The notes below the pieces were generated by a model. The model was not told the origin of the DNA. It saw only the letters and a list, made by a program, of their open reading frames with translations, and made no database searches. A stretch of DNA of 64,000 bases from positions 6,262,001 through 6,326,000 of the forward strand of contig OZ210885.1 in assembly GCA_964658305.1 (NCBI GenBank). Direction: 5' to 3'. Source of the stretch: Leptogorgia sarmentosa. Lineage: Eukaryota. Below, piece after piece: positions 49,360 through 61,326 of the stretch; positions within the stretch are counted from its first letter, which is position 1; each line of letters starts with the position of its first letter. Both the position numbers and the translations under genes were made by a program.

Positions 49360-50741
49360 ACCATTTGTTGGGAGATATTTGTTGCATTTCAATGTTCCTG
49401 GTATGACTGATTCTGTATTTGGTGGCAAAACACATGTTTTATATGCATTTACTGAACACGAAAGATTAAATGTTGGGTAAGGTGGTGATTTTTCACCTGG
49501 TGGCAATAACTCGAGAGACTGGTTGTCAAAATTGATAACACCATGATAATGAGCAAGAAAGTCAGACCCAAGAATTGCATCATAAGCTCAATTTTCTATG
49601 ATGTATGCATAAAATGTATAATTGTACTCGCCAATTTGAAAGGGAACTAATGCTACACCTTTGATAGGCATGTTTTCACCACTGACAGTCTTAATGGCTT
49701 GTTGGAATGTTTTACTGCTAGGCATTTTCTTGCAATGAGGAAATTTGTTAAATAATTTCTCACTAATGGTGGTAACAGATGCTCCAGTGTCACATAAAAG
49801 AGATGTGGGTACACCACTTACTTGACCTTGCAAAAATGGACAATTATTATGAAATTCAAATGTAATAGAATTAACAGCATGCACAGAGGTTTTTGGAACA
49901 GGATATGACAGGCCTTCCAGGTCGGAATTCAAAACAACTACACTTGGTTCCTTACTTGTTTGTTCGAAAACTTTACATGATAGATCGACTAAATCGTTAC
50001 AGACTGGTACATCTATTGTATCGGGTCAAAACATTGTTCTCTAGCACTAAATTGGACTTGTTGTGGTACGTTGACACATGGTGACGCGGTCACCTCAAAA
50101 CTATCTGTACTTATTTCACTCACTGGGTTTACATTTGTTTTCAAAGTATCACAATTTATCTTTGGTAGGGCAGGGGAGTTATTCTCCTTACATAATATGT
50201 TTGGTGTCTTATCTGCAGGTAAACTAAAATCGATATCCACAAGATCAGGATGTATAGACACTCTTGTTTCAGCAAGAAATGGGTGTCTGTCATTATCATG
50301 GTGCTGTTCTACTTTTATATTAATTAGCATATCTTCTGGTACATCATTAAATTGGTTCGGTAAATTTTCAACAACATTCTCATTAAACATGTCGAGACAT
50401 TTAGATTCCTCATATTCTTTAAAAATCGTTGCTTCCCTATCGTCCCGGTATAAAGAAGCAGCCATTAGTTTCCCGATTCCGGATTAAATGGGTTGTTCGC
50501 CCTTGTTGAGGATAAAATGCCGGAGCATCAGGATGAAAGTTGGGATTATGCTGAGGTCTCTGGGGAGACTGGTGTTGCATGCCAGGACGAATATACGAGT
50601 TATGCCGAGATGGAAATTGACGCTGATATTGCATGCTGGGGCGGACCTGAAAATCATGCTGCGAAACTTGTGGTACTTGATGTTGCATTCCCTCAGCTCT
50701 ACAGTTCCGAGCAATATGGCCAACTTTATTACACTTGTTAC
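49360..50741 (-). pseudogene. Gypsy zinc knuckle, spacer and aspartic protease
   Basis: CNKCNKVGHIARNC; LLCDTGASVT; frameshifted. Confidence 0.8.
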
Positions 50742-50745
50742 ATAT

Positions 50746-53528
50746 CCTCCTCAGTTCCGGCACAAATTTCATGAAACTTAAACTGTATGCAGAACTAAGG
50801 GTGACATAAATAACTGCATATGGAATTTTATGGAAAGTCATGTGGAACACAAAAAATTTCTGTGTCCCCATATGTGGACTTTTGGTCTCAGTGCTTCAAA
50901 AGTACACCTGTTGTCCACATATGTGGACAATCAAATCTAAAAAAAAAACATGAGAAATTATGTCTATTAAAGAGTTTTTCAACTTAATATGAAGATATAT
51001 TTGTTTTAGCACAAAGAACTTGTCAAATTGAACATAACAACTGATAAAGGGTGGAGTTCTTAGGGCCTGTCTAACACAAAAATATATTGTTTGGAAACGA
51101 AGTTAATGTTATTTGTGAAAGTCTTGAAATTTTTGAACTCAAAATAAAGTCAATGTTATTTATGGAACTCCTCATAGCACCCTCGAATGCAAAGATAGAC
51201 TTTGCATGACGTGCACATCACTCGGCTCTTTCCAGTCTTGCAAGTTGGGTTTCGGCATCGAGCTGCATTCTTTAGCTCCATCATTCTTGGCAAGTGTTTT
51301 GCCTTGTGCTTCCGCTCACCCTCTGAAGGAAGTGCTGCTCGCTTTGCTGGTGGTTCACTGCTGAATGACTCATCCTCACTATCGTCCTCAGAGTCATCTT
51401 CATACAGAAGACTTTCACTTACTGAAAGACGGAAATCAAAAAATTCCATCAAATCCTTGTTTCTCTTTCCTTCTGCTTTTCTCTCTTGTCGGTCTCTCTT
51501 GTCGGTCTTGAACCCAGGAGTTTGTCAGGCACAGGTCAATCATGTGGAAAATTGTTCTAATTGTCCACTTTTTGGTGCGAGCACTTATTCTATAGAATGC
51601 AATCATTCTGTCACTCAGGTCAACGCCTCCCATTTTGTCATTGTAGGACTTGATGAGAGCAGGTCTTGGAACATCGACAAAAGCTTTATCTTCCTTGCGG
51701 ATCAGCTCCAAACTCACTGGATGCAGCCAGTACAGCTTTGTTATCAAACCACTGTATGATGCACGCCTTTCCATCATCACGAACAATTTGATTAACAGCA
51801 CCCCTTCCTTCTTTCTTTAATTCACTGTCAGACTCCAACAATGATTTGGCTGATTTTGGGACCATATTTTTCATGATTGTACCAGTGATGGTGATGTTCT
51901 TCTCAAGGAGAACATCTAGTACTTGCATGCTAGTAAAGTACCTATCAACAAAGAGGGAGGTGTGCTCTGGAACAGTCTGAATGAGCCGCAGGACAGCTAA
52001 CCCTCCAATTGACAGTTTCAGAGCACTGTCAGCATCAGGAAAAAAATTTCTTCCTTGAAAGATTTCAAAGTCTAAAACTTCTCCTGTTGGCAAAGCCAAG
52101 ACAAAATTCTTCAGGCCTGTTGGATTTGGTTTTCCACGAATGAACTGGCATACAGCAACTTTGCCAGTGAATGGTATCATTTGCTCATCTACACAGCATT
52201 CCGACGGTCTTGGCCTCTGGAGACATGTTGCCTTAACTTTCTCCAACAAGGGTCGAACTTTCCAGAGCTTGTCTCGGGATTTTTCGTCATCGGTGACATC
52301 AACGTCAACGACCACTTTCAAATGACATCGTAATTTAAAGTAACGATCACGACTCATTGCCTTTTTGATAGCATTGACCCCTGTGCTTTTTTGCCAATAC
52401 ATCCTAATTCTTGGGTACTTCATGGTACCCATCATTATGTTTATGGCAAAAAATGTTCTAATTTCTGCAGCTGATGTATTGAGGGAACGGCCAGTCTGTG
52501 CAACGGCAGTCTGGTTTGTGGCTTGAGCAATCATTTCATAAATTTCAGCATTTATGTATTGGTTAAAATAGTCAATTGGTTTCCAGTTTCTTCCATTGTT
52601 GACTTGAGCTTCTTGCTGATTATTGTCGCCATTATTTGGGGAAAATGATGCACATCTTTTCCATGTGAGTTCTTTTTTCTTTGTTTGAGTTCCACTACGT
52701 CCACCACCACGTCCACCACCACGTCCACCCTTTGGCCGTCCTCGTTGGGCATTGCCACTGCTCAAAGTCACAGGTTGACTCGCTTCATCTTCACTGGAAC
52801 AGTTGTCAGTGCTACTAGGTACTTCACCACTCTCCTCACTATCACCTGCTTCATTCTCTGGTGAATAATCACTCTCATCGTCTACATCATCATCTGCATC
52901 CGATAGTTCAATGTCAGAATTATCTAGAAGCTCCAAAACTTCAGATGTATTAAAATATTCCCCTGAATGATAAAGATAACCAATGAGGTATGAGTTTTAA
53001 AGAGAGAATAATTACTTTTGGGCCGTTCAAACAAAAAACTAAAGCAATAATTCGATCCACGTGTAAATCTAGTGAACTGAATTAAGACCCATTGTCCCCA
53101 CATGTGGACTTCCTACTTCCTACATTGAGACCCACTGTCCACGTTTGAGGACAAGCACTTTCGAAGGCTAAAATCATTGTTCAAAAAACTGACTGCACAA
53201 AAATAATTGTTCACAATGAATCTATCCTATCTTATGTTTAAAACCGCATACTTGTTAGGTTACAGAAAAATCAAATACTATGTGAATTTTTCAATTACCT
53301 TTTGATTGTTGACTTTTCCTTCCACCGCTGCTGGAGGCCATCTTTGAAGACGATTTAAAATGTAGTATCATGAAGTACTTAGGTTTAACCTCTATGCATG
53401 GCAGGCTCGTTATGTTCTCAAGTGAGGACATCGGGAAATTGAACAACACTTTTCGATTGAGATGAAATATTTGACATTTAAAAATACCCATTTTTTGTCC
53501 ACATACGTGGACAATTGGACTGAGGAGG
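50746..53528 (-). mobile_element. piggyBac-family transposon with ATAT TSD
   Basis: TIR CCTCCTCAGT / ACTGAGGAGG; ATAT at 50742-50745 and 53529-53532; palindromic GTCCACATATGTGGAC subterminal repeats. Confidence 0.9.
51156..53341 (-). pseudogene. piggyBac transposase, 2 exons, frameshifted
   Basis: Exon 1 MASSSGGRKSQQSK (53299-53341), intron to 52963; CVDEQM, FVDRYFTS, MGGVDLSD; C-terminal Cys-rich domain. Confidence 0.9.
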
Positions 53529-56500
53529 ATATGTCTACAATTTACACATAAAAGGACAAGAAACATAGGACGTAAAACAACGTATTACACTGACTGCACT
53601 GACAACTATAACGCTCTTACACTCGCTATAATTTTGACATTGAGAAAAAAGAAATTTTCTGACACAACACGTGGTTCGTAGTCACGATTTCAACTAGCCA
53701 AGCAAATAAGGATGAAGTAAATATCGTGCATACCTGTGGTTCAATGGCTTCGCGTCCGACGTCGCTTCTTTGTAATACGTAGCAAGTTCGTTCGGCTGGT
53801 CGCGTCAGGTCTTTTTAGTCTTTCGTCTTTTGCTGTCGACTTGGTATTGCCGTAACTGCCCGCGTCGTCCACCAATGTAAAACAACCTCTTTCTTTGTAT
53901 AAATGTGACTTGAACAGCAGGATCGTGGAGGTCACAAAGGGAATGCTCATTACTTGAGTAAAACACGGTAGAGACTAGAGCACACAATTTCCAAAGATAC
54001 TTTTGTTAAACGTTTACGATACTTTTACACACACTGAATACCCAGACTGACTAACTCACTATTATTAATTTACATTTGATGCGTTTGTCAATGACGCATT
54101 GTTCATTGTGCATTGTGCGTTGTGCATTGTTTACCATATATGGTCATATTAACCCTGATCTTAATATATAACGTATCTCGTATATTGAACGTATTTCGTA
54201 TAACAGTAGTTTAAACCAAAAAAACATATGTTAAATTAACCAAAACTCGTATTGGTTGTTTTAACCAATTTCATATCAGTTGTTTCTACCAATTGATGAT
54301 ATGTGAAATCTACCAATTACGGTATTGGTAGTTTCTACCAAAACTGTCATTTTAACCAATTATTTATTGTACCACCGATGGATCTGAGGTAACCTATTTT
54401 TTTTTGGTAGTTTTATGAAATTCTACCAATATTAATTTAGTTAAAACATATAATTGGTTAAAACAACCAATTTGAAAAATGTCATTTTCTCAATACATTA
54501 ATTTAAGACTTTAGACATAATATTTTTAACTTTTAACAATGGCATATGTTTGTTTATAAATCAGAGAAGTCAAAATAGCAATTGTTACATCAGAAATGCT
54601 TTCATAGCTCAAAAATCTGTACTATATACTATAGCTGGATGTTAAACCACATGCAAACATTCAAATGCCCTGACGTACAATTTGCAAACGTTCGACTGGC
54701 GGTGACCTGAATGTATCTGTGTACCAGAGCCACCTGGCACCCAACATACAAATGTTGAATGAGGCAGAACCATAACCAGATGCAATTTACAACAATACTG
54801 CGGGTTGAATGTGCACCAGCGCAGATCAGTATAAAACTGCAGCACACTGGAGGGTTCAACCCCCTGGTGTACATACACGACTTTCAAGTGAGCAATAGGC
54901 ACAGAGCTTTTTGAGGAACTATAAGTAAATGTATATATGTAACAATTGCTTGTATTTTTTCTCTTACCTTGAATTTTGAAAATTGGTATAAAAAGTATGT
55001 AGGTATATAAACAGTCAAATTAGGTATTTATGGGAGTTCTATAGTTCTGAGATAAACTGATCTAGCCCAATTAAAACTTTCGTGGGTTTTTCCCCCATCA
55101 AAACGTACTCTAATAACGAATAAACATTTCTTGCTGATCCACCTGGATGGCTCATGTTGAAGGTGTAGAAACAGGCCAGCAATGTCAGCACAGCATTTAC
55201 GATGTGGTTGGCTGGTCCAAATGGACAAATGACCATTCCCTCGGCGGCGAGACATAGTGATGTTACTTCGAGCGCAGTTCCACTGGAAATGAGTTGTGGT
55301 GTTGTTGACTCTTCACGAGTCAACAACACCACAACTTATGCTTGTTTCTCCAATTTCACTCTAAAATGGAAAAACAATCAGGACATATGATTGTGCGTAA
55401 CTAACGATGTAAAAGACATTTTGGTTTCAAATTCCAGTGAAAAACTTCTGTGTGGCACCCCAGGTTGGCGTCATATGATGGAGCGTTTCACATCAGCACA
55501 AAAAAATTCGTTCTGTGACGTGCCACACTGCTTGCATGTACAAATATGAAGTCGCCAATTAACGCTCTAGCTATATGTCCCTGTCGCCATGCATGTATAC
55601 GATTTTAGAGAAGTAAGAAAATAGTTATAAGTTAGGTCTACTTACATCAACTCTGATCCAGAAAAGGTGACCTGGAGGTGATTGAGATGATTTCTTCTCA
55701 CCAAGAACTCTTTTTATCCAAGAGCCAGTAGTATCACAACGCATAATAGCCTGTATCATATGTGAAATACAGGAGAATTACATCACCGTTATATAATTAC
55801 ATGATAACCTGTACCATGCATGCTTATAATATCGTAATAATTTCTTTTGGCGTTACTTTGTTACCTGACTAGATTGGTAAAATATTCCACCAGTTTAATG
55901 TTAGTCTGATTAATACATACACTACAACTTGCATTTGTGAAATCCGTAATCTGTATGTTCGGAATAGTATTGCACTGAAAAAAATAATTGGTTAAATGCA
56001 TATCAGTAATATATCAAATAATGATTACTTAGATATTGTATAATGATTGGAAAAATATTGTTTCAGAAGAAAAGAGAAGAAAAGATGAAACATATAAGAG
56101 AAGAAAAACTATGCGAATACAAAATTTGCAAATTTCCCCAAACATGGTAACTGACAATTTCCGTATTGAGTTCAATTTTGCGAACTTGCAAGTCAAATCA
56201 AGCCTTAATATACAGTTTCTTTTCTGGGCCAAAGACATGTCTTTAACTTTGAATTAATGTTGTTTCTTTAATGCTCTTTTTTAGTGAGGCATTCAACTCC
56301 AGCTCCCAGCCTCGCTTCACGTTGGCTTCAAGGTCCAAAAAGCCAACATGACGTAATTATCGAAAGGGTCTATTGGAATAACACTCACTCAGCAAGATAC
56401 TCACAATTAACTTAGCTGGCTATAAAAACAATAGTAAAAACACTGATAGATATACAAATATAGCTACAGATAGAAATAACAAACCAATAGCTAAGTAGAC

Positions 56501-57371
56501 GTTATCATATGATGGATGAGGTGATGATATCAGTTTTATCGCTTGAGGGACGATATCACCAATCAAGTTACGATGAGTATAGAAACACAACATGCAATAT
56601 ATAGATTTTGAAACTAATATACTTCATGATACCAATACATTAGGAGGTATAATAATCATACAGTACAGAATGTTTCAAAAGTCTGTTCAAAACGTTATGA
56701 AAATTGGAAATATCGCCAGATTGCTCAGTCTTGTATATAGTATTAACCAAGTAATTCGTCCCATTCCGCGTCTGATAGGCCTTTATCAGATGCATTCGTT
56801 GGTATTGGACCAGACGGTGGTTTGTGCCTGAGTGCCCATACGTCCTCCACATTTGATGCCATTGTTCGTCATCTACTGGTTGGGACACGTATTTCTCAAA
56901 GCATTCCATTATTTTGTCTAAAATTCGCCCCTGTGTATTGTTCTCGACAGAATTCTCCATGTCGTTGTCCAGGGAGCCCTTTAAGTTTAATTTTAATATC
57001 TTGACGGCTGTGAAGTCTTAACATGCAGGTTAACAACTAAATTAAGGACTATACATGCACTCCCTCGAATGTGACACGTAAACAATTTTAAATATAGGAC
57101 GCACAAAAACAACTTTCCGAGATGGAATGACAAGTAGAAATTCTTGAATGCTGTTTTCAGGAAGCATCACAACAAATTAGTTAATTATATTTCAAACACA
57201 GAAGCTCGATATAACAATGCTTTATTCTCCAAACTCACATTACACAGCTGATGAAGCCTAGGTACTAAAGTAAAACGTCATAACTTGGTAACCTAGCCTT
57301 ATAACTTCAGTTCTTCATCAGCTCGCATTGCACGGTTGTGTTTTTTGACGCTCTTCGAGATTTTATAGAAT

Positions 57372-58499
57372 TTGTACTTTCCACCGAGTTTAATTTATTT
57401 TTACAGCCCCATGGCTTCGGCAGACGACCAGCCGACACTGCCAAGGGCAGACGGGGAAATGCTAGCCCCTGAAGACGTAGCTCCGCGTAAATCGCGAGAA
57501 AAAAATCCGGTGTCAGCACCGAGGAAAAATTTCTCTGACAACTGCACGGCAGTTCAGAACAAGAAAAGGAAACGCTCCTCAAAGTCGGCCTCAAAAAAAT
57601 CAAAGGCCTCAAAAAAACGACGCTATAAGTCACGCACTTACGACTCGTCGAGCAGCTCAAGTAGCTCGTCTTCGAGCTCTGAAAGCTCTTCTTCGAGCCA
57701 GGACTCGAGCCCTTTGGACGATGAAGGATCGAGCATGCTAGAGCCCGCCAGCTCGGATATTCCAGTTGCCGAGCCGATTATTGACTTCGCTGCAGCAGCG
57801 GTGGTCCAGGGCCTGTCAAAATCGGCCAGAAAGGCCATGAGTGGAGAAACCCCTGTGCCGTTTCACCCGGATTTGCGGCCAAAAAAGGTTGACAATTTCA
57901 TCAAAAAACTTTTGAAGCGCCGAGGTGCGAATTTCAATACAGCCATGGATCGTCGCCAGTTGAACATGGCTGGCCGAATGCTAGACCCTATCGGCCCTCT
58001 TTCCCAGCTATGGCAGACGGCTATTTCAGCTGAGGAAAAAGGCACGGGCATAGACCCGGCTCTCGCGATAGAAGCTTGTCGTCGGGCAATATCTTTGATC
58101 GGCAACGCGTCGCACTGTGCACTTGTAGATCGTAGAAAGGGCCTTTTGGCCAAAGTTTCGCCAGACTGTTTAGATCTGGTGGATGACCCAGAGTTGTTTG
58201 CCCCTGGTTCCTCTGAACTGTTTGGCAAAAAGTTTAAGAAAGCATTTCTTAAAGACCTAAAACTGTCCAAAGAGATGGACAGCTTGATGAGTGGCGGTCG
58301 CCATGGCAACGGGAAAAACAACAGTAAACAATTCAAGCCTTTTCGTCAACAGCCCGGGAAAGGCCCGGGCTACAATCCCCGGTCATGGAGCGAAGGCCCG
58401 GGTTTCAACTCCCGGCCGTGGAATCAAACAAGCCAGTACAGCGGCGGGTTCTCTCGCAGAGGAAAATCGTACCAACCCAGTCGGGGAAAACAACACTAA
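57372..58499 (+). CDS. DIRS-type retrotransposon ORF1 (Gag-like)
   Basis: Long open frame overlapping the RT ORF; LIGNAS..RR and LFG..F motifs. Confidence 0.75.
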   Translation: MYFPPSLIYFYSPMASADDQPTLPRADGEMLAPEDVAPRKSREKNPVSAPRKNFSDNCTAVQNKKRKRSSKSASKKSKASKKRRYKSRTYDSSSSSSSSSSSSESSSSSQDSSPLDDEGSSMLEPASSDIPVAEPIIDFAAAAVVQGLSKSARKAMSGETPVPFHPDLRPKKVDNFIKKLLKRRGANFNTAMDRRQLNMAGRMLDPIGPLSQLWQTAISAEEKGTGIDPALAIEACRRAISLIGNASHCALVDRRKGLLAKVSPDCLDLVDDPELFAPGSSELFGKKFKKAFLKDLKLSKEMDSLMSGGRHGNGKNNSKQFKPFRQQPGKGPGYNPRSWSEGPGFNSRPWNQTSQYSGGFSRRGKSYQPSRGKQH

Positions 58500-59302
58500 C
58501 AGGTACAGTTCCAAATCGCATTACCAAACGACAAAATTTAATACGAGAGCAATTAGGTGCGAAGCCGGTTCCGCCTGTTCATTCGTTAATTTCAAGTCGT
58601 TTAAAGATAAATTTTCTGCCTATAATCGCACCAGGCGCTCTAGCGGGGCGACTTAGACATTTCCTGCCAAATTGGCAGCAAATTACTCTCGATCCGGCCA
58701 TTTTAGACACAGTTCGGGGTTACAAGCTCGAGATGACATCTCCCCCGATTCAAAACAAAATCAGGCCTCCCCCTCGTTTTTCAAACACCGAATCGAAGAA
58801 AATCGACATCGACGCTCTTTTGAACAAGGAAGCATTGAACAGGGCCGAGCCGGTTTCTGGTCAGTTCCTAAGCAACATTTTCTTAGTCCCAAAGAGGGAC
58901 GGAAAGTCCCGCCCGGTAATCAATTTAAGGGATTTGAACGCTTTCCTCCAATACGATCACTTCAAAATGGAAGGCACCCACCTTCTGCGAGATCTGCTTC
59001 AGCCTCAAGACTGGCTGGGGAAGATCGACCTGAAGGACGCGTATTTCGTGATTCCAATTTGGAAGGATCACAGGAAGTATCTCCGCTTTGTTTGGAAGAG
59101 TACACTCCTAGAGTTTGCATGCCTTCCCTTTGGGTTAACGGCTGCCCCACGTCTGTTCACGAAGGTTATGAAACCAGTGGTTGCTCTTCTGCGCCGAGCG
59201 GGGATACGCCTGATAATTTATCTGGACGACCTTTTGTTCATGAATCAGTCCAGAGAAGGCCTACAGCTAGATATGACAACGGCACAGTACCTCCTCGAAA
59301 AC
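58385..59302 (+). pseudogene. DIRS-type reverse transcriptase, 3'-truncated
   Basis: GRLRHFLPNW, FLVPKRDG..RPVINLR.LN, FKME, IDLKDAYF, LPFGL..APRLFTK, YLDD; no RNase H or tyrosine recombinase follows. Confidence 0.9.
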
Positions 59303-60038
59303 AGCTGTTGTTGGCACAGTCGGCGTTTGAGCGATACGCACATTATGTAACGATAATTGAAATTATTAAAGGTGTTGCATATCGATTTGTGCATGCGGAG
59401 AGGGAGTTTTTCAGCTGTGATTTGATGGGTATGAATATAAGAATTAAAACAAAGTATATCTATGTTCAATAACAAGTATTGTGTGAGCAAAGACCTGCAG
59501 AGTAAAATAGCAAAATGTTAGGTTTATGAGAGGGGTGGAAATAAGACAACGTTCATATATATAGCTAAGGTTTCTCATGGCCTCTATCCGGTGAAATCTC
59601 ACCATACCTAACTCTGTGCTAAATCACATACAATATTTCAAACCGTAATTATACTCTCCTTAAAATATACAGTAGGTACATACTTGATTTTTCTGCGTCA
59701 AACTACAAGACTCGGCAGTAACTCGGGCAGTAGCAGGTATTTGTACCCCATTCACATCAAATGTCTAAAATAAAAGATTTTTTGAGGTAAAGTGAGTAGT
59801 ACTATACAGGTACTTGAGCGGGATTCGGGTGTTGTGCGTGGATGTTGCGTGGAGAATATAGCGTTGCGTGGATCTCGCGTGGTGTTTTTTGTGTATTTTG
59901 CGTGTATTTTTTGTGTTTTCTTATCCCCTTTATGATGTGTTTCCACACCCCCTATTTTACGGATACCACCCCCCTTTTCTGTGGATGTCGCACCCCCCTT
60001 TTTTGTGTCGGGAGTTGCAGGCGACGGAGAAAAAACTG

Positions 60039-60112
60039 TCCCCGGGAGTGGATCCGAACCCCCAACCTTCGGATTTACAGTCCGACGCTCTATCCAACTG
60101 AGCTACCCAGGG
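60039..60112 (-). tRNA. tRNA-Tyr(GTA), intronless, possibly a pseudogene
   Basis: CCCTGGG-TA-GCTC..GAGC-G-TCGGA-CTGTAAA-TCCGA-AGGTT-GGGGG-TTCGGAT-CCACT-CCCGGGG-A; C1:G72 and A73; T6 terminator follows; T-loop G58 and one T-stem mismatch. Confidence 0.75.
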
Positions 60113-60127
60113 TATATATTAGTGTGG

Positions 60128-61326
60128 CAGGGCCTGATTAACATCAGGTGTTGTGGCAGATGTTCAGCGCGGGGCCCCTCACACATATTTGTTGAATTAT
60201 ATTTGTCTGGGCATATCACAGCATTACCGCAATTTCAGGGTTGTATGAACGTTTTGGAATTTGGAGAGGCCAAGTCTCACGAGACACCACCATGGTTGGC
60301 GTCGATCAAGAAAATTTTGAGAATTTAGAGCCTCTAGATCGCCGGAAACGGCCATTTCAGAGTGTTGTTTCACCGCGAAGGCCACAAAATAATTTTTAAT
60401 ATGCGAACAGTAAGTATTAAATTAAGTTTAAATGTGTGACGTACAAGGGCCCCAAATTGACACGCAAACTAGGGGGGCCCAAATGGCCACGCAAACCACA
60501 GGGCCCCAAATTGACACACAAACTAGGGGGCCCAAATTGACAAGCAAACCAGGGGGCCCCAAATTGACACGCAAACTAGGAGGCGCCAAATTGACACGCA
60601 AACTAGGGGGCCCCAAATTGACATGCAAACCAGGGGGCCCCAAATTGACACGCAAACCAGGGGGCCCCAAATTGACACGCAAACTAGGGGGCCCCAAATT
60701 GACACGCAAACTAGGGGGCCCCAAATTGACACGCAAACTAGGGGGCCCCAAATTGACACGCAAACCACGGGGCCCCAAATTGACACGCAAACCAGGGGGC
60801 CCCAAATTGACACGCAAACCAGGGGGCCCCAAATTGACACGCAAACTAGGGGGCCCCAAATTGACACCCAATTAGGGGGCCCCAAATTGACACGCAAACT
60901 AGGGGGCCCCAAATTGACACGCAAACCACGGGGCCCCAAATTGACACGCAAACTAGGGGCCCAAATTGACAAGCAAACCAGGGGGCCCCAAATTGACACA
61001 CAAACTAGGGGGCCCCAAATTGACACGCAAACTAGGGGGCCCCAAATTGACAAGCAAACCACAGGGCCCCAAATTGACACGCAAACCATGGGGCCCAAGT
61101 TGATGTGCAAACGGAGGGCCACAAATTAAATTGTTATGCGAAACACGGGGGAATCGACATACTTGGGGGGCAAATACGCAAATCATGAAGGCTCCAAATG
61201 TGAACTACAAACCACAACAGGCGTATCATTTTCCAGTAAAGGGCGTGGCCTATCGAAGAGTGGGGCCCCTGTAAGCGCAGGGTCCGTGGCATATGCCACA
61301 TCTGCCACGTGGTTAATCCGGGACTG
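60128..61326. mobile_element. Non-autonomous hAT transposon
   Basis: TIRs CAGGGCCTGATTAAC / GTTAATCCGGGACTG; perfect 8-bp TSD TAGTGTGG (60120-60127, 61327-61334). Confidence 0.92.
60446..61125. repeat. 30-bp minisatellite inside the hAT element
   Basis: (gggggccccaaattgacacgcaaacta)n, about 22 copies. Confidence 0.95.

Larger units (their letters stand above)
39778..54205 (-). mobile_element. Gypsy LTR retrotransposon with chromodomain integrase, defective
   Basis: LTRs 39778-40104 and 53876-54205 (TG...CA); 4-bp TSD GTAG; PBS TGGTGGACGACGCGGG; PPT next to the left LTR. Confidence 0.95.
39588..55750 (-). mobile_element. EnSpm/CACTA element remnant hosting the Gypsy
   Basis: Terminus CACTGTAAAAA; (t)accaat subterminal repeats continue on both sides of the Gypsy; SAMD3-like exons at 55039-55750; far end not found. 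Confidence 0.7.

Noticed and set aside
58672..59472. Third DIRS ORF or tyrosine recombinase
   Set aside because: Alternative frame over the RT with no recombinase motifs; the element is truncated at about 59300.
60428..61186. Collagen-like or repetitive ORFs on both strands
   Set aside because: By-product of a 30-bp minisatellite inside a TSD-bounded hAT element.
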